NCBI GenBank assembly: GCA_051294375.1
Contig: JBJCIZ010000042.1
Span: 1-64,000, forward strand
Length of the DNA: 64,000 nucleotides
Reading direction: 5' to 3'
DNA from: Paraspadella gotoi
Lineage: Eukaryota; Animalia; Chaetognatha
The translations under genes and the position numbers were made by a program. Below are positions 35,087 through 48,750 of this stretch, in pieces (positions within the stretch are counted from its first letter, which is position 1; each line of letters begins with the position of its first letter). The notes under the pieces are model-generated. The model was not told where the DNA came from, made no database searches, and saw only the letters and a list, made by a program, of their open reading frames with translations.

Positions 35087-35256
35087 AGACTCCGCAGGCT
35101 TCCTCATCACCGACACTGAAGAACCGTTGGAGATCTTCAAGACCTGGACGGTCCGCTTCATGACGACGACGACGAGGACGACGACGAAGACTACGAAAAG
35201 TCCCGACGGCAAAATCTCAAGCGGACGACAAATTCAGTCCGTCGGACAAGAAAGCG
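35087..35256 (+). CDS. Possible third exon of the host gene
   Basis: Strong polypyrimidine + CCAG acceptor in phase 2, open frame RDSAGFLITDTEEPLEIFK..., GTGAGG donor candidate at 35257; the 3' boundary is uncertain. Confidence 0.5.
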
Positions 35257-35395
35257 GTGAGGAAGGGCGGTCGGTCGGTCAGTCTATCCGTCTTTTAAAC
35301 GAGTTCAGTCATATTTTATAAATACTCATCACTCAGATATAATTTTAATTAAAAACGTTACGTACCTTACTATTTTTATCTATCTTTTTGTGGAT

Positions 35396-35965
35396 TAAGG
35401 CGTAGCGAAAGTTGCAGATAAAAATTCGAATAGTTGTTGAATAGTTGTTCATGAACAGTCTTGTACTAAACATCATTGATATATAAAAATTAAAAAAAAT
35501 TTCTCAATATTCGCATACGCCCATATTTATACATAGTACTCACTATAGAAAATGTCAAAATTTTAAAATAATTTTTTTTAGTTTTGAAAGCAGATTCGAA
35601 TTCCTCATAAAAAGTTGATAAAAGAAAATATAAGTCTTAATCAAAAATTATTTCATTAAGTTTTAATTTAATTTTAGGTTAATTATAATAGTTTTTTAGG
35701 ATTTTGACCTACTTAATGAAATAATTTTCTAAAAATAGTTATATTTCCTTATATCAACTTTTCGTGAGGAATTCGAATATGCTTTTAAAAATAAAAAAAA
35801 AACATTTTAAAATTTCGACATTTTCAATGGTATAAATATGGGCGTATGCAAAAATTGACAAATACACTTTTTTTTTATTTAAAAATGTTCACAGGTACAG
35901 GCCTGTTCGTGATCTACTATTCGAATTTCGATTCCACTTGATTTTTATATTTTTGCGATGCTTTA
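35396..35965. mobile_element. MITE, same family as 32372
   Basis: Starts TAAGGCGTAGCG; degenerate right TIR; 8-bp TSD TTGTGGAT (35388-35395, 35966-35973). Confidence 0.8.
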
Positions 35966-35994
35966 TTGTGGATATGTCTATAATCTATAATCTA

Positions 35995-37070
35995 TAATTC
36001 ACTTTGTCGGTCCGTCGGTCCGCCCCTCAATATGGTCGGGCACTAATTTATATCATGTCAGAACATCGAATTATGATAAATTATGCAAAAAAAATGTCCG
36101 TCCGTCCGTCCGTCTGTCTGTCCCACCTTAGCAAAAAACACCAATTACTCGTGATTGGATGGATGGATTTGAATGAAATTTTGTGTGTGGGTAGGGAAGT
36201 GTGTGATTGAGCTGGATATAAAGTTTCGATGGAATCGTCCAAGTGGAAATAAGTTTAAATGGAAAAAACAAAAAAATATAATTCACTATTTGAACACCAA
36301 TTGCTTATGAGTGGATGAGGCGATTGACCTGGAATTTTGTATGTGAGTAGGAAAGTGTGTGATTGAACAGGAAACCAAGTTTCGATAGAATCGTTTGAGT
36401 GGAAGTTAGTTTAAATGGAAAAAAACAAAAAACCTGTTTCACTAATTGATTATAATTATCGAGCCTTGACCGGCGAAGCCGGGTCAGGCTCTATAATGTT
36501 TTAGGGTTGCTTCTTTGTGACGTAGTCGTCGTCGTCGTCGTCGTCCTCGTCGTCCGTCACGCTGTTTTGTTATATAAAACTACTACGCTTTTATAGGTTT
36601 GGCTGTGACTTACCGTTTTTTTTAAATAAAAATTATTATGAATTATGATAAAGTTTTACAAAAGTGTGCAATCATAGTAAGTTAAAAAATTTAGATATGG
36701 CTTCTCATTTTGAAATAGCTTTGATATTTTCTTATTACATTTGGAATTAAGTATTTTTTGTTTAAATTTCCACTTCATTATGATTTACTGAAATATGCAA
36801 ATGAGATTATAGTACTCATTATAATATCCAAATTAGTATATAGAAATGCTTTAATCTAATTTACATATTGCAGTATATAATATTGAAGATGAAATTCAAA
36901 AAAATTTTTTAAATTTCTAATAAAAATGGGAACTCAAAGGATTTTTTTAATGAGAAGCTATATCTTAATTTTAATACAAATAAAAATAAAATCTTTTACA
37001 AGCTGCGATTGGAAAAAATTGGAAAAATTTCCAATTGTAAACCATTGTAACATTTTTTGCCTTCTTTTAT
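35995..37070 (+). mobile_element. HINE-like family A fragment followed by a family B 5' part (from 36457)
   Basis: Matches 16115-16630, then 8860-9470. Confidence 0.7.
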
Positions 37071-37949
37071 TTCTTTAAATTATATATATATTTTTTCGTT
37101 TAAATTCACAAAAATTCACAAAAATTCACAAAATTTCACAAAAATTCTCGCTAATTCTCGCAAATTCTTTGAATTATTGAACGTCCTGCTTGTCAAACTT
37201 TAAATAATAATAACATTATATTAAATTGACTTTCTTCTCGGATTTTTTACTCCTGCCGTTTCTCCTCTCCTTTTGTTTTTGCTCTGGTCAGCTGTTCTCT
37301 ACTGCCGGCTGGCTGTCGGCCGGGCCTGGCTGTAAAAAAAAAAAATTTAAACAGATAAATAAAAACGAATTGGAAAAAGTAAAATATAAAACTTGAAATA
37401 AAAATAAATAAATTTGTAAATAACAACGAATTAAAACTAAATAAAAACGAATTAAAACTAAATAAAAACGAATTAAAACTAAATAAATTTGGAAATAAAA
37501 ACGAACAAAAATCTCTATAAAAACAAATTAAAACGAAATAAATTTGGAACATTCCGCCACGCCATCAAACAATTTTTATTTTTAATCTCTAATTTTAAAT
37601 TTATTACTTCTTAAATTTTTGATCTAGAACAGTTATCGAAAAAATCCAAAAAATGCATGAATTTTGAATTAAAAAAGGCCTAAAATATTTTTCTAAATCA
37701 AAAAATGAATGGAATTTTGAATTTCAAAAAGCCTAAAAAATATTTTTTAAGTCAAATTGTTAGTCCTCTAGGATTTCTTTTTGTGCTTTCCCTCTTCTTA
37801 ATGATATATTGTAAAATTCAATGAAAAAAAAGAATAAAAGAAATAAAAGCCCCATACCACTAAGGATCTAATTAATTCATGAAAAAATAAAAGAACAAAG
37901 CCAGACCACTAATGTTTCGTTTAGTGTCCCACTATGAAAAAGAGTCCCT

Positions 37950-39560
37950 GTTTTCACTCAATGACGATTCTTGCCTCTTCAGCTGAAGGTGAGCTCGACC
38001 TGTCCTCGAAAGCTCCCGCTATACAAGTCGTGCATGCTGAGACAACGAGGGTCTCGCAGGCAGTTGTTGTTGTTGTTGTTCGTGGCTTGTAGATTGCTCT
38101 CCCTCTCCTCTCCTGCTCATAGCCGTCGGAAAGATCTGGGCGTTTGATGCTCGACACAAGTCCAACCTGTATTCATCTTGGAGTACCCAGTCAACATCAA
38201 CGTCAACAAGGAAGAATCATCCTCCTCCTCTTCTTCCTCTCCAGCTGGCGACTCACCAGGGGAACACGACAACATCAAGAGGTGGACACCTTTCCTCAAG
38301 CTCAATAGCATCCGTGTACATCTATAACACCCCAAACTTTGTAGTGTTATTGAATATGCCGATGAGTAGGGCGGTCGGTGCCGGCCACCACACCTTCAAA
38401 TCTTGATCCCCGTCTCTTCTCCACCACGACGACTAACTCTCCCAACACTCATTGTCCCTCCTTCTGAGAATGGACTCCATCCATCCACTAAAGTTCGATA
38501 AGGGGTCCCACTCAGCCTTCCAACGAAATCCATTACTACCCTCTCCCGCGCCACCTCCTCAGCGGCCGACCTCACCATCAACAGTGTGACGCACCATCTG
38601 TCCCTTCTTCTGCAGCACCAACAGTAGGATCAACCGGTAGACCTTTTTCCCAGCCCCCACTATGGGCCCAACACTTTAGTGAGCTCCACACACTGGTACG
38701 TACGTGTTTCCTTGGACTCTTCCAGTGCGCGCCATAGTCCACAGTTAGCTCCAGCTTGGAACAACAATTACCTCTGCCCTGGGTATATTGTTTCATCAAT
38801 GTTTGATATGATTGGCAATGTGGCCAATCGTGCCCCAAGGAATTGGCGTCAAAACGGGTGGATCCGTGTCCGACGCTAAACGCATGAGTAGATGAAGAGA
38901 AGACAGAAGAACTTCTAGTGCCCAGCACTACTCCACTCTCCTCCTTTCTCACTTGTGTCCATAAGGGCAAAATGCCATCCGTGGAAAGTCATTTGCACCC
39001 CGGGTGCATTGGTGGGCTGTCCGTCGTAAATTCCAGACGGTGAACGATAGACATCATCACGTCTCCACGTCAACATTCACGCCCCCATGTGAATTAGCAC
39101 CACGTCAACAGTGCTGACCGGAAATACCAATTTTGTTAGATCATGGCCCTCTGGGTACGCCTTCTACTGTCGGCCGAATAATTTCGCATCCAGCATCGTC
39201 AAGAGCTTATCAAAAAGAATTTGCCAGCTGGACATGGGGGCGCCCTGTACAAGAGCAAAAAAACGAATCCAAGGCCCCGGCCTCTTAGACCTTCTCTGAC
39301 GAAGTGGGACACGTCTAGTATCACGAACAGATTTCTAATGAAAAAAGTATTCAAGAAGTCGGCCGTATTCGGTCACCCGTCAATATGTCTGAAGTTGCAC
39401 GGTTGAAGTCGCGCATTAGTTGAATGTCACGCGCCCACGAATTTGCTGATCAACCACAGGGAGCGAATCCTCAACTCCACTTGTCCAGTGAAGGAATCCC
39501 CGAACCCCATAAGTCCAACGTCAAACTCAAGTGTTTGGACTTAGTCCATGTTTATGGACG
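37950..39560 (-). mobile_element. Degenerate GC-rich retroelement fragment, possibly DIRS-like (RNase H end plus MT-like domain)
   Basis: Minus-strand remnants RHIDG..NTADFL, DANSLGHDW, AEVIVVPSW resemble DIRS RH/MT motifs; heavily frameshifted. Confidence 0.35.
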
Positions 39561-39613
39561 AATATTATTTGAGATTTTAATTAGATTTATTTCTGTTTTT
39601 CTTCGTCTTGATT

Positions 39614-39713
39614 NNNNNNNNNNNNNNNNNNNNNNNNNNNNNNNNNNNNNNNNNNNNNNNNNNNNNNNNNNNNNNNNNNNNNNNNNNNNNNNNNNNNNNN
39701 NNNNNNNNNNNNN
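39614..39713. other. Assembly gap (100 N); further 25-N gaps at 42004-42028 and 54695-54719
   Basis: N runs. Confidence 1.
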
Positions 39714-41454
39714 TATATGTAATCTACATATGTGGAGTAAAACTTTAATTTTTATTTTTTTAGTTTTGGATACATTTTACTTCAGTTTTTCATTCTTACA
39801 AATTTTTTTCATCGCTCAAACGTTTCTTGTTTTACACGTTTCCTCTTCTAATCGAGATAGACATATATTAATTAAAATAATTGTGATACTAATATTAGGA
39901 TTTATTTTTTAGTATAAAGGCCTCAATTCGGACTTTACAATCCTTCCAAATGGAGAATGCACCCCACAATATGCACTTTATGGATATAATGAAGGTACTG
40001 AACATTCACAGAGATATTCATGAGTATAAAATATTAAGACAAGTATTCAAATTAAAATATTGAAATATGCTTATATTTTCTTTATAATATTAAAAAATAT
40101 ATATTTCAAATTATTTAATTTTTTTACATAACATAATTATTATTTTTAATTTAATCACAGCTTTAACCAAGACCATAGTAATAGCTTGTGATTCCATCTT
40201 ACCCCTTGAGCCCTCGTTCCCAATCCTTAACTCCACTTAATTTTATTAAAATCCACCATAGTGAGTGGACGCAACAATTTTTACATTAAGAATGATTTTA
40301 TTTTTCAACAAGTTAAACGAAACAGCTTCAGATGAGAACTTTCTTTTGAGCAGTGTTTAATCACGACTTAATATTAACTCAGCCAAACACCAAAAGATAA
40401 TAGTAGAGAATAGTAACTTTATTACTAAGTATTCATATCCAACAGTCCATTGAAATATGAGTAGCTGCTGCAGAGAAAAGAGTAACAGCAGCAGCAGAGC
40501 AGAGACGCAGCTTCTGCTCAAAGCTCCAAAAAACCATATTCAAGTAAAATTAGAACATTCATTTTAATACCTGATGGTCTCAGAGGATTATTGAGTATTG
40601 ATGATACCGTTACTGTTAGTATCATTTTTGATATTAATAAAAAAAAAACCAAAATAGTTATTATTAACCAATGAGAGACAAGATATTCAAATCAAATTTA
40701 AGCATGATTTGAGCCTTCAAAAATAAAATGCCAGGGCTCAATTCAGACAAAAATTATTTATAAACCCTTTAACACTAAGTCTATAACAATAGGTATTTAC
40801 AAGGTCAAGGGTGATCGTGAGAGAGAGAGAGAGAGAGAAAACGATCGAGGGCCAGTTTGACCGAGGTTGCGAGTTGTAGTTGTTCGCCCACAGGGGGTTC
40901 AGTGAGAGACCTAACTCGACCCGCTTTTATACATTACAAACATTTTAAGTATTTTGCTCACATCAGTTTCAAACTTGAGTTGTATATTCGTTTTAAGAGG
41001 CATGGAATTAATGCTTAATAATTTTAAATATGCTTTTTTTTAACATTTTGCCTTTTAAGATTTTAAATACATTGATTACGATCGTTTTGTTTTTAGAAAA
41101 TTGAAGCGGTCCATGGTCTTTTCATTTTATTATGATGAAAGTAAAGATTTCGACAGTTCGGTAAAAAAAATGAAGCAAATTCTTATTTAGTTAGACGTTA
41201 GGGTTAAGATAGAGCGAATCTATGTCAATGGAGTGGGTCAGAAGATTTGGGAACCTTCCTAACGAAACTACATAATGAAATTTCTGAGAAAACTTTCAAT
41301 GGACCAATATTTTTTTAAATGGCTAAAAGCATTAGCATTTTTTAGCATTAGCATTAGCATTAGCATTTTTTAGCATTAGCATTTTTCAATATTTATTTTT
41401 AGATAAAAAAGAAAATTTTTTTCAAAAAATTTGTATTTTTAAAAGTAGAATCAA

Positions 41455-42740
41455 ATAGCAAACAATGTCTGACCTGCCCACGATAATTAAACTGTAATTA
41501 ATTAAATAAATAAGGAAATGAAAAAAATAAATAAATAAATTACAAATAATTTTTTAATTATTATTATTTTTTAAACATGCATCATTTTCTTAACTCGCAT
41601 CATTTTTTAAATTTGCATTATTTTTTTAACTTGCTTCATTTTTTCAACTTGCTTCATTTTTTCAACTTGCATTTTTTTTTCAACTCGCATCATTTTTTCC
41701 ACTCGCATTATTTTTTTAACTCACATCATTTTTTCAACTTGAATCATTTTTCAACTTGCATGATTCTTTCAACTTGAATCATTCTTTCAACTTGCATCAT
41801 TCTTTTAACTGTGATCATTCTTTCATCCTGCATCAATCTTTCAACTTGAATCATTTTTTCAATATGCATGATTTTTTAACTTGCATCATTTTTTCAAAGT
41901 GTATCATTTTTTCACTTAGGTAATTAATTAATTAATTAATTAATTAAACATTATGAGTAATCATAAATAATAAAAATTCAAGTCAACTTGACTTTGGCTT
42001 TTTNNNNNNNNNNNNNNNNNNNNNNNNNCTTCATTCAAACTCATTTTCACTCCTCGATTCAAACTTTTATATCATGCTCAATCACACATTTTCCTACCCA
42101 CACACAAAATTTAATCTCAATCTATTATGATTAATTATTAATTAAGTTAATTATTAATTATTAATTCGATTAATTATGGATTAAAATTATTAAAAAAATT
42201 AAAAAAAAGTGACTTATGTTTTTTTCTATTTAATTTCATTTCCACTTGCACGATTCCATCAAAACTTTATATCAAGCTCACTACACACTTTCCAACCCAC
42301 ACACAAAATTTAATTCCCAATCTATCCATCCAATTTATGATTTATTCGAGTAATTTATGGTTAAAAATTAGTAAAAAGATTTAAGTTAATTTGACTTATT
42401 TTTTTTTCCATTTAAAACTCATTTCCACTCGCACGATTCCATCGAAACTTTATTTCCAGCTCAAATCAATACACTTCCTAACACGCAACACCAAAATTTT
42501 ATTTCAAATCCATCTATCCAATTACGAGTAATTGGAGTTTAAATGAAAAGGTGGAAGGACCTTCCGACAGACGGCCGACGGACGGAACGAACATCGTTTG
42601 TTTTTTGTGCTTAATTTAGCATTATTTTACAGTTCTAATGTTGACAAAAATTATTTACTGACAAGATTTAGGGGTGGGACCGATGGCGACAAAGTTAATT
42701 ATTGAGTCGAAATCGCTGGATAAACAGATCCGACTAAAAA
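41455..42740 (-). mobile_element. HINE-like family A copy with a ~19-bp central minisatellite (AACTTGCATCATTTTTTC)
   Basis: Terminal motifs as above; minisatellite at 41575-41915; duplicate at ~57210-58458. Confidence 0.6.
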
Positions 42741-43699
42741 AGTGTCTGCACAAAGTAAAATCCTTTTCTCAATATTTTGATAAGTGGATCATAGAAAAAG
42801 TTTTGAATTTGCTTTCAACAAGATTTTATTGGTACATAGTGACGTACATGTACCAATAAATTATTGCGTACATAGTGACGTACATGTATCATTTAAAATC
42901 GTTGTTGAAAGCAATTCAAACTTCTTCTATTATTTCAAACACAACGAAACAAAAGGAAATTCACGATGATAAGTAGGATCAAAATTGAAAAAAAATATTA
43001 TTTTGAAAATTTACTATTTTAGAAAGGATATAAGGAGGATACTGTTCCCCAAACCATAATGATCAAAATATTTTTTGTGGCTCAATATCATACTATCTCA
43101 CGTCTAAATGTCCTTGTTTTGTTTACTTCAAATAAAATTTCTGGTTTCAGAAAGCCAACTCTATTATATGTATATCTATTTTTTCATTGTGTTATTTATA
43201 TAAATTTTTTAGATTGCAGTCGAGCCATCAATCTCCGAAAAAAGATTGATAAATTTTTATTTTCAAGTTATGAATTATGCTGTCCACCCGGATGTTCTCC
43301 ATATCTGCGCCTTATATACAACAAAAAGTAAATTAGATCCTCGGACCGATATTGATTGTTGGCCCGCGACTCTCTTTTTTATTTTTAATTGATCACTCCG
43401 ATCTGTCGGTCTGTCTTTATGAATAGCTGTTTGTATATAATGTATAATTTTTTTTTCTTACTAACACTGCGGCACAAAACAAAAGAAGATCATTTGTTAG
43501 CTCTAAATACCCCCACAGAGTTTCTTTTTTAATTTTAGAAAAATAGTTATAAGAAGTATATTTTTTTAAAAAGCTATCAATTGATATAATAAAAATTAAT
43601 TGGTTCTAGCCAGTAGAAATACAGCAATATTTTAGGTCCAGAGTCTGAAAACGGAATTGAGGAAAAAAAAATTTTTTGGAGGTTAAGTTGAATGATAAT

Positions 43700-44605
43700 T
43701 TTTAGTCGGATCTGCTTATCAGCAGTCACTCTAACCACTCTTTATAATTCACTTTTTTGTCGGTCTGTCTGGTGCCACCCTTCAAGTTTGTCGGCATTCA
43801 CTTATTCATGTTCAGAACATCGAATTATGATAAAATTATGCAAAAAAATGATGTCCTCCCGATTCGTCTTGTCTGTCCTCTTTGTCCGCTCCCGTCCCCA
43901 CCTTTTAGCAAAAAACACCAATTACAGCCGTGATTGATGGATGGATTTAAAATGAAATTATTTGTGTGCTGGAGTAGGAAGTGTGTGTGTTTGAGCTGGT
44001 ATATAAGTTTCGATGGAATCGTCCGAGTGAAATGAGTTTAATATGGAAACAAAAAAAAAATATATTCACTATTTTAAACACAATTCTCAATGAGTGGATG
44101 GGTGATATGATCCTGGAATTTTGGTATGTGGGTAGGAAAGTGTGATGAACTAGTCACGGGAAATCAAGTTTCGATGGAATAGTTTGAGTGAAATGAGTTT
44201 AAAATAGAAAAAAATAAAAAAACTGTTTCATTAATTGATTATGCTTTCTTTTTTTTTATATTAAATGTAATGCAAGATGTAATAATTAATCAAATAATAA
44301 ATAAGTTAATTAATAATTAGTCAATTAATTAATAAATAATTAATTAATCAGTCAATTGATTCATCAAAAAACATTTTGGATCATTGCCATTATTAATTAA
44401 TGAATAATTAAATAACAGATTCCGACTCTATAATTCACTTGTCGGTCTGATCTGTCTACCCCCAATCTTGTTGTCATTCACTTATATCATCTCAAACATC
44501 AAATTATGATTAAATTATGCAAAAAAATTAATTAATTATTATAATTAATTAATTAATTACTGATAATGATCGTGGGAGATCCGGACATTGTTTGCTCAAA
44601 CTTAT
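43700..44605 (+). mobile_element. HINE-like family A copy (duplicate at ~59420-60300)
   Basis: TTTTAGTCGGATCTGCTTATCAGC start; GATCCGGACATTGTTTGCTCAAACTT end. Confidence 0.65.
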
Positions 44606-45199
44606 TTTTCTGACTGATGATAAAAAGATTTCTTACTTTTATTATCTTTTATTTACTTATTTTTAATTTGATTTAGGTAAAAATGGTTGATATCTATCCC
44701 TACAGATTATTCTATGTTGAATTTGTTCAGCCAATTTCATATTTTAAAAATTTATAATTAGGGAAAACTTATTGACTCTTGTTGACTAAAAAAAAGAAAC
44801 TAATTTTTTTTTCGATTTTTTGTACCAATCGGATTTGACGTCTATAACTTTCGAACGCTTGCTCGATTTTATTGGACTTGGACCAATTGCTTTATCTCTC
44901 AATAAGCATGTTTTATGTTTCTATATCTAAGTAGAATTGAGCTATCCAATACGGTTTTTCAATGTGAAAATTGTCTTCTTTTTTTTGGCGCAGCATTGTA
45001 ATGCGGTCATGCGATCCATGTGATCGTAAGGCTAAGAATAATGTATGCAATATGAGCTGTTTTGATTAGTTCTTAGTGAAACAAACTTTAGAAGATTAAA
45101 ATTTGTTATGTATGGCAAGAGCAGGTGCTTGTGATGCTTATTGGATGGGTTATCTACTGTTGGTCTTTGGGTCTTCCGACCTCAGTGACGCATTCCTGC

Positions 45200-45620
45200 T
45201 TGGCAACGCAGAAGAAGTCGTTAGGACTGTGGATGGAATGCAACGCCCATCTGAGCCAATGAAATTGGCTGAAAGATAGTTGATGTGAGGCCAGTAATAT
45301 ACCACCACAGGATCCTTAGGTCAAGAAATCATCAGGTTCTCCAGGACTCGCTTTGTCAATGCAGAGGGAGGTCGTTAGGACTGTGGATGGAATGCAACGC
45401 TTGGGATGGTGCATTCCCTCTATGAGCCTATGGGATTGGCTGAACGATAGTAGATTGAGGCCTGTGATTATACCACCACAGGATCCCCAGGCCAAGAAAT
45501 ACTCAGGTTCTCCAGGTCTCGCTTTGCCAATGCAGAGGGAAGTCGTTAGGACTGTGGATTGAAAGCAACGCTTGGGATGGTTCATCCCCCTATGAACCAA
45601 TGGGATTGGCTGAATGAATA
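45200..45620. repeat. GC-richer tandem repeat, ~171-bp unit, about 2.5 copies (duplicate at ~60900-61340)
   Basis: GTCGTTAGGACTGTGGAT recurs at ~45217, 45371 and 45542. Confidence 0.85.
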
Positions 45621-46733
45621 GTGGATGTGGGGTGGTGTTTAATATACCGCCACATATGCATATATTTCATTCTGGAGTAATCATATGATCATTGAATGAG
45701 CTAAAGATTGATCACCTCATTAGATAAAGTTAATGCAAAAATTAGTGTGACACTATGTAATTGTTTTTGGTTGTCTGTTTTCATAATTTTTTTGTATTTA
45801 CAACATTTGAAAAGTTTGAACAATGGCACAATTGAAGTTTTTGAATCTTGGTTAGGCACCTTCTAATTTGTTTAATGTGGCCAAAAATTTTTGATTGCCC
45901 TTGGCTTGACAATTTTCTAATTGCAATATTACTTATATCTTTTCGACATTCTTTTTTGAAAGAATACCACTTGGATATACAAGAGGAGCGAGCTCATAAT
46001 AAATTCTCAGGCAGAATTTCAGAGGAGCAAACGAATGTTAGGTATATATACTATTATAAAGGATGGACTGGATTATGCATGAAAATCTTATCATCAAATT
46101 AAGTAAAGCCTAAAATACCAAATTAAAAAGATATATTTAAAAGCAATATCAGACTGAAAAGTCTCGAAGAGAGAGAAAGAGTGAGAGAGAATGATAGGAG
46201 TAAGTTCATTTCACATGAACTTGCATTGAGAGTTTAATAATTTAATATAGGATCTTAATAATTACTTTTTAAAATTTTTAGTATTACAGACCTGTGCAAT
46301 AAAAAGAGGACACTCCAAAAACATTAATTGAAAATAAATAAAGTTAGATTCTCTTCAGAGGCATGGTTTTGAATCTTATCACTGCCACCACATAGGTTTC
46401 CAGGGTGAAGAGTCTTGATAACGCTATGAGAACCAAGAACAGGCAAAGTCTATTTATAGCTGAGAAGAGGATCAGCGACACAGGAAGATTATCCGATCAA
46501 TCTAGCTTGCGATCTGATTGGTTAGTTGGAATCCTCGGCGACCAATTGGATTCGTTGATTCCATTTTTTGAGCGTTCGCCGATCCTCTGATCCGTTTTCG
46601 ATTCTCAAAGGTTAAATTCCTTTATATATTATAAGATAAAAAAAAATATTCCATGAAAAAAAACTATTTATGTAAGATATTGAAATATTGGCTTTGTTTC
46701 TAGATTGTTTTAGTGCGGAAACTGCAATATTCG

Positions 46734-48750
46734 CAGATTCCGACTCTATAATTTCACTTTTGTCGGTCCGTCTGTTCCACCCCCCCAATCTTGTCGGTCA
46801 ATTCACTTAGATCCATCTCAGACATCAAATTATGATAAATTATGGCAAAAAAATAGTGGTCTGTCCGTCCGTCCATCCTCCCGTAGCATTATACTCCATT
46901 ACTCGTGATGGATGTATGGATTAGACGAAATTTTGTGTGTGGGGTAGGTGTGTATGATTGAGCTGGATATAAAGTTTCGATGGAATCTTGCAAAGGGAAA
47001 TTGAGTTTAAATGGAAAAAACAATAAGTCACTTTAACTTAAGTCTTGGTTAATTTTTACTCTGCAGACATTGTGATTAAACTTTCTTAAACTGTCTCACA
47101 TTTCACCCACTGTCCTGTCTCATATCTTTTTTGCCATTTCTTCTCTCTCTCTCTTCTTTCTCTCTCTCTCTCTCTCTTCCAAAGTCTTTGGAACAAGACA
47201 TAAAACAATTGTGGAATTGTCAAAAAGCACTGATGAAGGCTTGAATGAAAGCGAAATTGTCTGTACAATAAAATAAAATTGTTGCTGTATCAAGACTTTG
47301 TCTTTAATTTCAATAATTTTAAACTCATAATTACTCTAATCAATATGGCTAAATACTCTTCCGATACCCCTTTGCCGTAAGACAGAGCAGCGAATCTCTC
47401 TCGCCTCTCTGCCTGTGACTACAGTCAGGATCGGGATCGACAAAAACCAATAATTTGAACGATTTTAATTGTTTATGGTTTTTGTTAGGGATAAGGTTAG
47501 ATTAGAGGATAGAGATAGGGTTAGGCTTAGGGATTACGGTTTAGGGATTAGGGATTGTCTTTCTCAGTACTTTTACAATAAAAAAATCTGCTGTGGGGTG
47601 ACTCATTGGTTGAGATTGAGATCGACAGAAACAACGACGATAATTTAACGATGGAGGAAGCAGTTGCGAGGGTGGAGAGCGACTCGAAGGGAGTGATGAT
47701 GGAAGGAGCGCAAAAGATACGAGTTTTTGTGCGTGTGGTTTTGAATTCACTGCTTAAGGAGCCGCAGCAGGGGGGTATTCGATGGAAAAAAGTGCCCTTT
47801 TTAATTTTTTTAATCCATAATTAATCGCATTATTCTTATTGGAGGGATACAATGGGATGAATTTGTGTGAGGGTAGGAAAGTGTGTGATTGAGCATTTTA
47901 TCAAGGAGTGGAAATGAGTTTGCATGGAAATAACCAACAGTCAAAGTTGACTTAAATTTCTATTATTTATGCACTCATGAATGTTTTATTAAATTAATTA
48001 ATTAATTAATTAAGATGAAAAAAATGAATCAAATATCAGAAAAAAAATAAAACACAGTTAGAAGGTGCAAGTTAAAAAGAATGATGCAAATTGAAAGAAT
48101 GATCAGTTAGAAAAAAAAATGATGCAAGTTGAAAAAAAGGAGTAGCAAGTTGAAAAAATGATGTAGTTAAAAAAAATGATAAAAAAGATGAAAAACTGAT
48201 GCAAGTTGTAAAAATATGCAAGTTAAAAAATGATGCAAGTTAAAAAAATAATGTGAGTTGAAAAACGATTTCCAAGTTAAAAAAAATATGCAAGTGAAAA
48301 AATAATGTAAGTTGAAAAAATGTAGCAAGTTTAAAAATGAAGCAAATTGAAAAAAAAAATTAGCAAGTTGAAAAATGATGCAAGTTAAAATTAATAATGC
48401 AAAGTTAAAAAAATGATTGCAAGTTAAAAAAAAAATGAATGCAAATTTGACAAAATGATGCAAGTTTAAAAAATGTATGCAAGGTGAAAAAATTATCAGG
48501 TTGAAAAACAATATGCAAGTTGAAAAAAAATTATGCAGGTGAAAAAATGATGCAAGTTGAATAAATGATGCTAGTTAGAAAAATGATGCGAGTAAATAAA
48601 AAAAGATTAAAGTGGAAAAAAATAATATAGTTAAAAAAATTATTTGTACTTTTATTTGTAATTATTCTACTATAGTATTTATTTATTATTATTTTATTGA
48701 TTAGCCGCTTAATTATCGTGGGCAGATCCGACATTGTTTGCTCAAAACTT
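46734..48750 (+). mobile_element. HINE-like family A copy with nested inserts and minisatellite (48020-48600)
   Basis: GCAGATTCCGACTCTATAA start, (TGATGCAAGTTGAAAAAA)n-like array, GGGCAGATCCGACATTGTTTGCTC end. Confidence 0.55.
47227..47264 (+). ncRNA. Minimal hammerhead in a solo Penelope pLTR-like fragment (~47060-47310)
   Basis: GCA-CTGATGA-AG-GCTT-GAATGA-AAGC-GAAA-TTG-TC-TGT; preceded by a CT-rich tract and followed by AATAAA, same layout as the 18974-19283 pLTR. Confidence 0.6.

Larger units (their letters stand above)
39714..46520 (+). repeat. Copy 1 of a ~6.8-kb block duplicated at 55466-64000
   Basis: Co-linear match differing mainly by 1-nt indels; 42029-43720 appears identical to 57748-59441; third partial copy at 53762-54694. 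Confidence 0.9.

Noticed and set aside
41575-41915. CRISPR-like short repeat array (also 48020-48600)
   Set aside because: Contiguous degenerate ~19-bp minisatellite without unique spacers, in a eukaryotic repeat
45389-45420. Twister ribozyme in the 171-bp tandem unit
   Set aside because: TCCCAAGC and GAGGG are present, but UAA-P2-GC and P1 are not in a compatible order
47485-47555. True telomere or chromosome end
   Set aside because: Short, degenerate and interstitial
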